This document shows, in pieces, positions 1 to 8,358 of a DNA stretch of 64,000 nucleotides. Origin of the DNA: Parvicellaceae bacterium (lineage in GTDB: Bacteria; Bacteroidota; Bacteroidia; Flavobacteriales_D; JAUILH01). The translations under genes were made by a program, and so were the position numbers. The DNA lies in assembly GCA_965230535.1 (NCBI GenBank), contig OZ246010.1:2202792-2266791 (forward strand). Direction: 5' to 3'. Numbering within the stretch: the stretch's first letter is position 1; every line of letters starts with the position of its first letter. The notes under the pieces were generated by a model. It had not been told where the DNA came from. It made no database searches and saw only the letters and a list, made by a program, of their open reading frames with translations.

Positions 1-108
1 AAACTATGGGGTCTGTGATCTCAGGTAAATACGTTGAAGTGCGTAAATCCAAAAACATAAACTGAACCTTTTTCGCTAAAGTGTGTATCAAATAAAAACC
101 ACAAACCA

Positions 109-735
109 ATGATCAGATCAATTTTCCTTCTCCTGACTTTTGTCTTTTCGACCAGCTATACAAACGCACAGCTTATAGTGCGGAAAAGACCTGACATTAG
201 TAAAAAGGAAGCTGAAAAACGCATAAGCGCCTGGTATGAAAAACATGCAGAGGGATATAGTTTCTCCGTTCCTGAGGAGGACGCGGACATTAAGGTTACC
301 CGGTACCATCCGGAAAGAGCTGAAGAAAAAAACAACTTGATTCAGGTACACTGGCTGGGAATGACCATTACTCTGGCATTTGACAAACCCTTTGATGAAA
401 TTGACCAGACTTCTGAGGGACTTCAGGCTGCCTTTTTATATGTGTCTGTAGACGACATTTATAATTCTATTAACACACCTGGCTGGAATGTTTACCCTCG
501 AACACCAAGCTCATCAAATAATAAGAAGGACTGTGTTAAGTTTACAAAATTTGAGAACGGAGAAATCTCATTTTCCCTAAACTGGAACATCTATACTGTT
601 TTTGGTTACAGCACAAAGGAAAAATGCTTTAAACAAAGGGGTATTGCCGACGGGAGTGTCTCTGAGGAGTGTATGGTAGAGGTGCGTCAAAAATTGCCTC
701 TTGAGATTAAAGTTAGTGGGAAAATCATGAAATAA
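109..735 (+). CDS. hypothetical secreted protein
   Basis: 208-aa ATG ORF. The N-terminus MIRSIFLLLTFVFSTSYTNAQ resembles a Sec signal peptide. I recognise no domain motif. Confidence 0.5.
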   Translation: MIRSIFLLLTFVFSTSYTNAQLIVRKRPDISKKEAEKRISAWYEKHAEGYSFSVPEEDADIKVTRYHPERAEEKNNLIQVHWLGMTITLAFDKPFDEIDQTSEGLQAAFLYVSVDDIYNSINTPGWNVYPRTPSSSNNKKDCVKFTKFENGEISFSLNWNIYTVFGYSTKEKCFKQRGIADGSVSEECMVEVRQKLPLEIKVSGKIMK

Positions 736-792
736 AACCATATAAACCAACTACCTGAGAAGTGCAAGCAGTTGGCCTATATGAACTTGCTG

Positions 793-966
793 CTAAGATT
801 TACTGTACTTATATATAGCCATGCTTGGCACTGCCACAAATGCCAGACTCGCTATGCCGAGCACTAAACCAATATTAGCTCCTGGCCAATGCATGACCTT
901 AAAAAGCACAGATAAGGCGGTTAAACTAAGGCCAATTCCTGTTGATAGATAAGCTGTTCTTTTCAT
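793..966 (-). CDS. small two-TM membrane protein (57 aa, below the ORF-track cutoff)
   Basis: Hand translation of the minus strand gives MKRTAYLSTGIGLSLTALSVLFKVMHWPGANIGLVLGIASLAFVAVPSMAIYKYSKS. Two hydrophobic helices flank a KVMHWPGA turn. The ORF lies in an otherwise empty 370-bp gap. Confidence 0.35.
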   Translation of the reverse strand: MKRTAYLSTGIGLSLTALSVLFKVMHWPGANIGLVLGIASLAFVAVPSMAIYKYSKS

Positions 967-1105
967 CTTTTTAGTTTTAATGGTTTTAGATGAAATGTGT
1001 TTTTGTGAAAATGGTACAATAACGGTTCGTATGACAAGAATAAATCATATGCGAACTTCTGAGGCCCTATATGTCGGCTCTGTTAACAAATAGAAGCAAG
1101 CTGCT

Positions 1106-1795
1106 CTACTTAAGTTTATCTAAAAAGGCTTCTTTGTATGTGGCGCTTATGGAAAGACGCTTGTCCCCGATATACACATGATTATCTTCTACTTTATGAA
1201 CCCATGGCAGTGAAACCAAATATGATCTGTGGATTTGAACAAAATCTCCAGAGTCGAGCAAGTCCTTTGTTTCCTTCATAGACGCTCTGACCAAAATTCT
1301 TTCTGTTTCTGTATGATACTGTACATAGTTCCCATCACTTTCCACATAAAGGATTTCATTATAGAACAACCTTTTGCTTTGGTGTCCGGTATTTACGAAA
1401 AAGAAGTCTCGATCTCTTTTTGGTGCCTTATTAGGCGCAGACTTAAGCATGATTTTGGCCTTGTTTACCGCTTTTAAAAAACGACCTGCCTGAAAAGGCT
1501 TTAGAAGGTAATCCACTGCCGCCAACTCGTAACTGTCTACGGCATATTCGCTATAAGCAGTTGTGAATATAATGAGTGGTGGATTTGAAAGGTTTTGCAC
1601 TAAACTTAGTCCATCCAACTCTGGCATATTTATGTCACAAAATAGCAAATCAATGTCATGCTCGTTCATGTAGTTCAGTGCCTCAAACGGGTTTAAAAAG
1701 GTGGCTTCCAATTTCAAAAAAGACACTTTTTCCGCATGTCGTTTAATTACCTCAAGCGCCTTTGGTTCATCATCTATAGCAATACTTCTAATCAT
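1106..1795 (-). CDS. LytTR/AlgR-family response regulator (REC + LytTR DNA-binding domain)
   Basis: REC motifs are present (IDDEP, DLLFCDINMPELDG, LLKPF). The C-terminal LytTR pattern is also present (LYVESDGNYVQYHT...VQIHRSYLVSL). The start overlaps the kinase stop by 1 nt. Confidence 0.9.
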   Translation of the reverse strand: MIRSIAIDDEPKALEVIKRHAEKVSFLKLEATFLNPFEALNYMNEHDIDLLFCDINMPELDGLSLVQNLSNPPLIIFTTAYSEYAVDSYELAAVDYLLKPFQAGRFLKAVNKAKIMLKSAPNKAPKRDRDFFFVNTGHQSKRLFYNEILYVESDGNYVQYHTETERILVRASMKETKDLLDSGDFVQIHRSYLVSLPWVHKVEDNHVYIGDKRLSISATYKEAFLDKLK

Positions 1796-2871
1796 TAAGA
1801 CAATTGTATTTGTAGTTCAACTTTGTAGGTTTTTCCGCCATTTGATTGGTTTTCAGAAATAATCAGTTCGTGTTTCCCAGGATATAACAAGGCTAATCTG
1901 TTTTTCGCATTATTTATGCCCAATCCGCCTGAGTTCATAGCCCCTGGTTCGTTCACCACATTGTTCATCACAGACATACTTAGGTGTTGGTTTTTTAAAT
2001 CAATTTGCAAATCAATTTTGGATGTTTGGCTTGGATTAACACCATATTTAAACGCGTTTTCTATAAACGGAATTAACAACATTGGGGCAATCTTTTCTTT
2101 TCCATATAGCCCATCATTAATATTAATACTACAACTAACTTGGGTATTTTCTGTTGTCCTCAACTGCTGTAACTCTATATAGTTTTGGATGTACTCAATT
2201 TCCTTGTTCAACAGAATGTAATCAGCCTGAGAGTCATTCAAACCATAGCGCATCAACCCTCCAAGCCGAGCAATTCCATCGGCAGTCTTTACACCATTTT
2301 CATCCAGAGATAGCGCATATAAACTATTTAGTGTGTTGAACAAGAAGTGTGGATCAACCTGCGATCTCAGAAAGGCTAACTCCATTTTGTTTCTCTCTGC
2401 TTGTAGCGCTTCAATCCTGTTGAGGTTAATAACCCAGTCTCTTGTAAACCTGTAACCTGTTGAGAAAAACATAATGGTCACAAAAGACCCCAGAACATTT
2501 CCGCTGTTCATAAAGTTTGACTGTATCTCCAGCCATAAGTCTGCTTGCTCATTAGGAAAGAAGGGGGATATGATACCTATTCTTAGCACCTCAGAAGCAA
2601 ACGCTGACAACACAACGAGAGTGCAATAGCTTATCCACTTCTTTCTACTAAGATATCTGGGAATAAGTCCAAATGCGTTGAAATAAAACAACCCAGGAAT
2701 GTAAAGCACATAAAAGATGTTCTGTACTTTAAGATAGTCTGGAAACTCACGCCAGGTCGAAAGCTCCGTCATAAGCAAAAGCGTCAACAGGAAAGACCAG
2801 CCAAGAAGATGGAGAATTAATTCTCCATTTCTGGCCCCGTAAGATCTTATTTTGGCAAGCTTCCCAGACAT
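1795..2871 (-). CDS. LytS/YehU-type sensor histidine kinase (His_kinase + HATPase)
   Basis: Multi-TM N-terminus, then the FLRSQVDPHFLFNTLNSLYAL signature of PF06580-type kinases and a C-terminal ATPase region (GGLGINNAKNRL). I prefer the ATG at 2869-2871 (MSGKLAKIRS). The track ORF extends to 2958 and would overlap the permease gene. Confidence 0.85.
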   Translation of the reverse strand: MSGKLAKIRSYGARNGELILHLLGWSFLLTLLLMTELSTWREFPDYLKVQNIFYVLYIPGLFYFNAFGLIPRYLSRKKWISYCTLVVLSAFASEVLRIGIISPFFPNEQADLWLEIQSNFMNSGNVLGSFVTIMFFSTGYRFTRDWVINLNRIEALQAERNKMELAFLRSQVDPHFLFNTLNSLYALSLDENGVKTADGIARLGGLMRYGLNDSQADYILLNKEIEYIQNYIELQQLRTTENTQVSCSININDGLYGKEKIAPMLLIPFIENAFKYGVNPSQTSKIDLQIDLKNQHLSMSVMNNVVNEPGAMNSGGLGINNAKNRLALLYPGKHELIISENQSNGGKTYKVELQIQLS

Positions 2872-2902
2872 CCTTTTCAACTTATTATCCAAACTTAAAC
2901 TA

Positions 2903-3679
2903 TTACTTAATATCACCTTTGTTTTCCTGATAAAACCCCAATAAAGAGAATAGGGCAAAGAAACTTAGGCTTAATACCAAAACTCTGTTGATCATTGATG
3001 GGTCAAAGTTATTCAATGATTCAGGAGATGTAAACATAGCATAACAGTACGGCACATACTGAGCGATACTTGGTTTGCTTGCTATCATCAAGCTCAAAAT
3101 AAAACCTAACATTCCTATGCCAAGAGGTGCCAGGTAGTTCTTAAACCGATAACTCATCCAGTATTGGATCCCAATGATCCCCATAATTGAGATATAAGAT
3201 TTAAACACATTAGACCACACTGCCATCATGTCCGGGTTTGCATTCTGAAAACCATATTCTGGCACCAAAATGCCAAGCAGCCACCCTGCAAATAGTGAGC
3301 TAAGAACATATATTAAATAAGTGATAGCTACCAACACCAGTACAACCAGTAGTTTGGAAAAATAGACTTGCCCTCTTGATTGTGGCAGGCAATAAAGTTG
3401 CTTCCAGGCGTTGGATTTATGCTCTACATTGACTAATGAATTTGTGACTAACACAACGAATGGTATCATTAATAAAATTGAGACAAAGTTGAGTCCCAAA
3501 CCAAAGAATTCTTGCCAGGGGTCGGTCATTTCTGCGACATTGGGTATTCTCAAAAGATAGATTAAGGACATAAATGCGGTCACTAGTACACCGCCCAACA
3601 GGCACAACCATAATATAGGGGTACGCTTAAGTTTGTACCTTTCGGCCAGTAGGTTTCTGTAGAATAATTGAAGTTTCAT
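2903..3679 (-). CDS. ABC-2 type transporter permease
   Basis: 258-aa protein with about 6 hydrophobic segments. It lies 10 nt downstream of the ABC ATPase gene on the same strand. Confidence 0.75.
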   Translation of the reverse strand: MKLQLFYRNLLAERYKLKRTPILWLCLLGGVLVTAFMSLIYLLRIPNVAEMTDPWQEFFGLGLNFVSILLMIPFVVLVTNSLVNVEHKSNAWKQLYCLPQSRGQVYFSKLLVVLVLVAITYLIYVLSSLFAGWLLGILVPEYGFQNANPDMMAVWSNVFKSYISIMGIIGIQYWMSYRFKNYLAPLGIGMLGFILSLMIASKPSIAQYVPYCYAMFTSPESLNNFDPSMINRVLVLSLSFFALFSLLGFYQENKGDIK

Positions 3680-3689
3680 AGTCTTGTTT

Positions 3690-4598
3690 TTATTGGTTCG
3701 TTAATTGAAGAAAAAGTTGTTCCAGATTGTGAGTAACCGGACTTAGTTCATAGAGATCTATTTGATGCTTATGTATAAATTTTGCGACCTCTGGCAGTTG
3801 AGATCTGTTTGACAAATGCAACTCCAGGCCATCTGGTAAACTGCCCACTTCATATTGATCTTTTAACAAATCGTAGAGCTTGTTATTATCGGAGCCCACA
3901 ACCTTTACCGATAATTGATTTTGTTTAAGCGTTTCTAGTTCTTTAATACTTCCTTCAAACAAAAGTTTACCAGACTTCAAAATGCCAACATGGGTGGCAA
4001 TTCGTTCAATTTCTCCAAGTAAATGACTTGACAGAAGAATTGTTGTTCCATTTTTGTTAAGCTCCCTTATAATGTTTCTAATTTCAATGATTCCGTTTGG
4101 ATCTAGTCCGTTAGTTGGCTCATCCAGAATCAACAACTTAGGATCAGAAAGTAGTGCAATGGCTAAACCCAAACGTTGCTTCATTCCCATTGAATATTGT
4201 TTGGTGCTTTTACCAGAATAATTTTGAAGATTGACCAGTTTTAGCACATGGTCTACTCTGGTTTTCGGAAGATCAAGGTATGTACATGTTATTTTAAGAA
4301 TCTCCCTGGCGTTAAGGTGCTTGTATAAACTTGGGGACTCAATGAGAGTACCGATTTTCTGTAGAATGGCTTGTTTGTTTTTTTGAATATTCTTTCCAAA
4401 TACCTCAATACTGCCAGATTGAGGAGATAGCAGGCCTAAAATTGCACGAATTGTGGTGCTCTTTCCTGCGCCATTTCCACCTAAAAAGCCATATATACTG
4501 CCTTCGGGTACGTTTAAATCCAAACCTTTAAGAACCTTAGCATCCTTGGTGTAGCCATAATCAAGTTGATTAATTGAAATAATGTGTTGTGTTTTCAT
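3690..4598 (-). CDS. ABC transporter ATP-binding protein
   Basis: Walker A GGNGAGKST, ABC signature YSMGMKQRLGLA and Walker B LLILDEPTNGLD. Confidence 0.92.
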   Translation of the reverse strand: MKTQHIISINQLDYGYTKDAKVLKGLDLNVPEGSIYGFLGGNGAGKSTTIRAILGLLSPQSGSIEVFGKNIQKNKQAILQKIGTLIESPSLYKHLNAREILKITCTYLDLPKTRVDHVLKLVNLQNYSGKSTKQYSMGMKQRLGLAIALLSDPKLLILDEPTNGLDPNGIIEIRNIIRELNKNGTTILLSSHLLGEIERIATHVGILKSGKLLFEGSIKELETLKQNQLSVKVVGSDNNKLYDLLKDQYEVGSLPDGLELHLSNRSQLPEVAKFIHKHQIDLYELSPVTHNLEQLFLQLTNQ

Positions 4599-4667
4599 AT
4601 GCTTGTAATTTCTCTACAAGCTTACAGACACCACAATAAAGACTAAAAATAAGGTGGTGGTTGATTG

Positions 4668-4698
4668 AAACTTTGGTACGAAATAGCCAAATTTTGGT
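4668..4698 (-). promoter_or_regulatory. candidate LytTR operator: two 10-nt direct repeats with a 21-nt period
   Basis: AAACTTTGGT (4668-4677) and AAATTTTGGT (4689-4698) match at 9 of 10 positions with starts 21 nt apart. They lie 70-100 nt upstream of the ABC/kinase/LytTR operon start. LytTR regulators such as AgrA and ComE bind direct repeats at about this spacing. Confidence 0.3.
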
Positions 4699-4809
4699 GT
4701 GAGTTGTTTTCCAATAATTTAAATGATTGAATCAATAGACTTACAATCAACCATCAGTTCATCATAAAATTTAAAAATTCGGTATCTTGCCAGTCCAAAA
4801 GTTTTGATT

Positions 4810-5859
4810 ATGCCAATTAACGTAGACCTTCTAGCTAAAATTTGCAAGGCACCAGGGGCGCCGGGCTTTGAAAAAGAGATCAGGGAACTTGTTCTTAAGG
4901 AAATAGAGGGCCTCTGCGATTCCATAGATATCGATAACATGGGCAATGTTACGGCTATTAAAAAGGGCCGTGAAGACAAACGTGTGATGATTGGTGCGCA
5001 CATGGATGAAATTGGATTTATCGTGACCCATATTGATAAAAATGGGTTTTTAAGGTTTCATACACTTGGTGGGTTCGACCCAAAAACTCTGACTGCTCAG
5101 CGCGTGATTGTTCACGGAAAGAAGGATTTGCTTGGTGTCATGAGCTCTAAGCCTATTCATGTAATGACTGCTGAGGAGCGTCAAAAGCTACCAAAGACCA
5201 CTGATTATTTTATTGATCTGGGAATGCCTTACGATGAAGTAATTAAGTATGTGGAAGTGGGCTCTCCTATCACCCGTGAACGTGAGTTGATTGAAATGGG
5301 AGATTGCGTTAACTCAAAGTCGCTTGACAACAGGTTAGCCGTTTTCATTTTGATAGAATTGTTGCGTGAATTAAAGGACAAGGAAGTGCCTTACGATATT
5401 TATGGTGTATTTACTGTCCAGGAAGAAATTGGCATCAGAGGTGCCAGCGTAAGCGCACAAAAGATTCAACCGGATTTTGGTTTTGGACTGGACACGACCA
5501 TTGCTTTTGATTTGCCGGGAGCAGCTGAACATGAAAAAGTGACCTCCCTTGGAGAAGGCGCTGCCATCAAAGTAATGGACAGCAGAACTGTGTGCGACTA
5601 TAGAATGGTTCGCTACATGAAAGAAACGGCCAGTAAACACAACATTAAGTGGCAACCGGAAATTTTAACGGCAGGAGGAACAGACACTGCTGGTATTCAG
5701 CAAATGACTGCTGGAGGTTCTATTGCCGGGGCCGTATCTATTCCAACACGCCACCTGCACCAGGTAGTAGAAATGGCTCACAAACAAGACATCAGAGATT
5801 GTATAGATTTACTGAAAGCATGCGTGTCTGATTTAGACAAAGGTGACTGGGCTTTTTAA
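4810..5859 (+). CDS. M42 family metallopeptidase (FrvX / glutamyl aminopeptidase-like)
   Basis: Motifs MGNVTAIKKG, IGAHMDEIGFIVTHI, SKSLDNR and FTVQEEIGIRGA. The ATG at 4810 is preferred over the TTG at 4804. Confidence 0.9.
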   Translation: MPINVDLLAKICKAPGAPGFEKEIRELVLKEIEGLCDSIDIDNMGNVTAIKKGREDKRVMIGAHMDEIGFIVTHIDKNGFLRFHTLGGFDPKTLTAQRVIVHGKKDLLGVMSSKPIHVMTAEERQKLPKTTDYFIDLGMPYDEVIKYVEVGSPITRERELIEMGDCVNSKSLDNRLAVFILIELLRELKDKEVPYDIYGVFTVQEEIGIRGASVSAQKIQPDFGFGLDTTIAFDLPGAAEHEKVTSLGEGAAIKVMDSRTVCDYRMVRYMKETASKHNIKWQPEILTAGGTDTAGIQQMTAGGSIAGAVSIPTRHLHQVVEMAHKQDIRDCIDLLKACVSDLDKGDWAF

Positions 5860-5865
5860 ACTTGT

Positions 5866-7347
5866 ATGAAACGTATTAAATCCTGGCTCTCTGTTGAGCA
5901 CAACGCATATCGTTTATCGATTTTAGTTCTTGTTATAACCTGTGTTTTCTCGGTAGGTTACCACCATTTCGATGAGCATTTTCAGTTGCTGGAGTTTGCC
6001 GGAATTAAGTTAGGTCTCAATACCCCGGAAGAACTTCCGTGGGAGTATCACGAACAAATGAGGCCGGCATTTCAGCCTTTTATTGTCTACTGCACTGCCA
6101 AAATTCTTGGACTCGTCAATCTGGATGATCCCTTTACCATCACTTTAGTTCTGCGCATATTTTCTGCTGCCCTAAGCTTCATTGCGCTTTTATTGCTTTA
6201 CAGAACCTTCAAGCCTCAAATTAGAGACAAACAACTCAACAACTGGTTTTTGTTTCTTTCCTTTTTCTTTTGGCTAGGGATGTACAATGCTGTTCGGTTT
6301 TCGTCAGAAGGTTGGGCAGCTTCACTATTCACCATAGGTTTTTGCCTGTATCTCAACATCAGAGAGCCCAGGTTTAGGTTTTTATCGAATAAACCACTTC
6401 TGTCGTTTCTGTCTGTTGGACTTATTCTTGGTGGTGCTTTCTTATCAAGATATCAAGCCGGATTTCTCATTGTGGGTTTCGGAGCCTGGATGCTTTTTAT
6501 GGGTAGAGAAAAATTCAAGCACCTGCTTATCATTCTGATTGGAATTTTGGTCATGTTTGGGGTTGGTGTATTGCTGGATCGTTGGCTATATGGTGAATGG
6601 ACGCTTACTACATGGAACTATCTGGACGTAAATATTCTTCAGGATAAAGCGGCTAAGTTTGGTGTATCACCCTGGTATCATTATTTCGAACAGTTTTTCA
6701 TTCACGGCATACCGCCATTCAGCCTGGCTCTACTCTTAGGCCTGGTGTACTATGTGGTTCGCTTCTGGAAAAGTCCTTTGGCCTGGTCAATTGTACCTTT
6801 TCTTCTCATTCATTTCATGATCGGACACAAGGAGCTTAGGTTTTTATTTCCAGTCGTGATATTTCTCCCTGTACTTTTTATTCTTCCGGTTCAGGAGTTA
6901 AAAGATCGTTGGAAAAACAGTGCGTCACTTTCAAAGTTTTTACGCGTTTTTGTCAGCATATTTTTCGTGGTAAACAGTGTGCTTTTGGGTATTGTCATGA
7001 TCAAACCGGCAGATACGCATCTCTCTCTCTATAGAAGCATCTACAACAACTACGAAGAACCCATTACTTTGTATTATGTGGACATCAATCCCTTTAACAG
7101 GATTAAGAACATTCACTTTTACAGACGTCCTAACCTTGAGTTAAAACACGTCACCAATCTCGATTCTTTAGAGCAAATTAAGGATGAAACTTTCCTGGTT
7201 GTGTTAACGCCTAAAAGCAAAAAAGAGTCATTCGTTAAAGACAAAAAAGTCATTTTTCAATCCTATCCGGATTGGATACAATCCATCAACTATGGTGGTT
7301 GGGTAGAAAGGTCCAAAGCCTGGTTTTTGTATGAAGTGTCAAACTGA
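5866..7347 (+). CDS. GT-C fold glycosyltransferase, family 22-like (Alg9/PIG-B-type mannosyltransferase homolog)
   Basis: Polytopic membrane protein whose first loop carries HHFDEHFQLLEFAG, matching the GT22 H-x-DE-x-FQ-x-x-E pattern. Confidence 0.7.
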   Translation: MKRIKSWLSVEHNAYRLSILVLVITCVFSVGYHHFDEHFQLLEFAGIKLGLNTPEELPWEYHEQMRPAFQPFIVYCTAKILGLVNLDDPFTITLVLRIFSAALSFIALLLLYRTFKPQIRDKQLNNWFLFLSFFFWLGMYNAVRFSSEGWAASLFTIGFCLYLNIREPRFRFLSNKPLLSFLSVGLILGGAFLSRYQAGFLIVGFGAWMLFMGREKFKHLLIILIGILVMFGVGVLLDRWLYGEWTLTTWNYLDVNILQDKAAKFGVSPWYHYFEQFFIHGIPPFSLALLLGLVYYVVRFWKSPLAWSIVPFLLIHFMIGHKELRFLFPVVIFLPVLFILPVQELKDRWKNSASLSKFLRVFVSIFFVVNSVLLGIVMIKPADTHLSLYRSIYNNYEEPITLYYVDINPFNRIKNIHFYRRPNLELKHVTNLDSLEQIKDETFLVVLTPKSKKESFVKDKKVIFQSYPDWIQSINYGGWVERSKAWFLYEVSN

Positions 7348-7384
7348 CGTCACTCTGGTTTTCAGGATTTCGTAAATTCATTTC

Positions 7385-8350
7385 ATGATAAAACAGGCCA
7401 TTTTAGTATTTTTCATTTTTCTCATAAATGCCGGGTTCTCGCAAAAAAGCAGTAAGCATGAGGAATTGGGAGCGGTAGATTGGCTCCGGGACTATGATGC
7501 GGCTGTTGAACAATCAAAACAAAATGGAAAGGATATTTTAATTCTGTTTCAGGAAGTTCCGGGTTGTGCAACATGCAGAAACTACGGCCACAATGTTTTG
7601 AGCAATCCTTTAATGGTTGAAGCCATAGAAAACAACTTTGTTCCCCTGGCTATTTTTAATAACCTTGGCGGAAAGGACAATGAGATTTTGGAAAAATTTG
7701 GAGAGTACAGTTGGAACAACCCGACTGTTAGGATTGTTAACACAAAAGAGGAAACCATTGTTCCCAGGATCAGTGAAGACTACTCTGCGTTAACCCTGTG
7801 CTCGCGAATGATTCAGGCCATTTCTAAAAACAAACAGACCATTCCGAATTATCTAAGTTTACTGGAACAACAATTGTTGAGTAATGCCAAAAACCGGGCT
7901 GATATATACTTCAAAGTGCCTTGTTTTTGGTCGGGCGAAAAAACTTTTGGCAACATGACAGGTGTTCTGCAAACTTCTTCCGGGTTTAGTGGCGGATTTG
8001 AAGTGGTAAAAATCTCTTACAATTCAGATTTGGTTTCAGAAAAGGAGATAAAGTCGCGTGGCAACAAAGACGGCTATGAATTCATCGATCCTAAGCAGGT
8101 GGACTTTGTGGTTTCTGATGAAGACGTGCATTATTACCTCAAAAACTCGGATTACGTCTATCTGGCCTTATCAGATATTCAAAAAACCAGGGTTAACAGT
8201 GCGTTGGGTAGAGGTGTTTCTCCATTAAAGTATCTAAGTCCAAATCAACTAAGGTGCTGGTATGCTGTTGAGAAATCTAAAGAAGGAAAGCAGCCATTGA
8301 TTAAGCATACTTTCTCTTATGCCTGGGGCTTGATGATGAGCTATCTGTAA
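7385..8350 (+). CDS. secreted thioredoxin-fold (CxxC) / MsrA-like two-domain protein
   Basis: Signal peptide, then ILILFQEVPGCATCRNY (thioredoxin-like CxxC). The C-terminal part, YFKVPCFWSGEKTFGNMTGVLQTSSGFSGGFEVVKISYN, resembles the MsrA GCFWG...GY.GG...EVV.V.Y core. Confidence 0.6.
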   Translation: MIKQAILVFFIFLINAGFSQKSSKHEELGAVDWLRDYDAAVEQSKQNGKDILILFQEVPGCATCRNYGHNVLSNPLMVEAIENNFVPLAIFNNLGGKDNEILEKFGEYSWNNPTVRIVNTKEETIVPRISEDYSALTLCSRMIQAISKNKQTIPNYLSLLEQQLLSNAKNRADIYFKVPCFWSGEKTFGNMTGVLQTSSGFSGGFEVVKISYNSDLVSEKEIKSRGNKDGYEFIDPKQVDFVVSDEDVHYYLKNSDYVYLALSDIQKTRVNSALGRGVSPLKYLSPNQLRCWYAVEKSKEGKQPLIKHTFSYAWGLMMSYL

Positions 8351-8358
8351 ATGCTGTT

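Noticed and set aside
1-65. A possible 3' end of an upstream plus-strand gene (frame 3 open from the window edge to the TGA at 63-65, ...GSVISGKYVEVRKSKNIN).
   Set aside because: Only 21 codons are visible and there is no motif. It cannot be told apart from a chance open frame.
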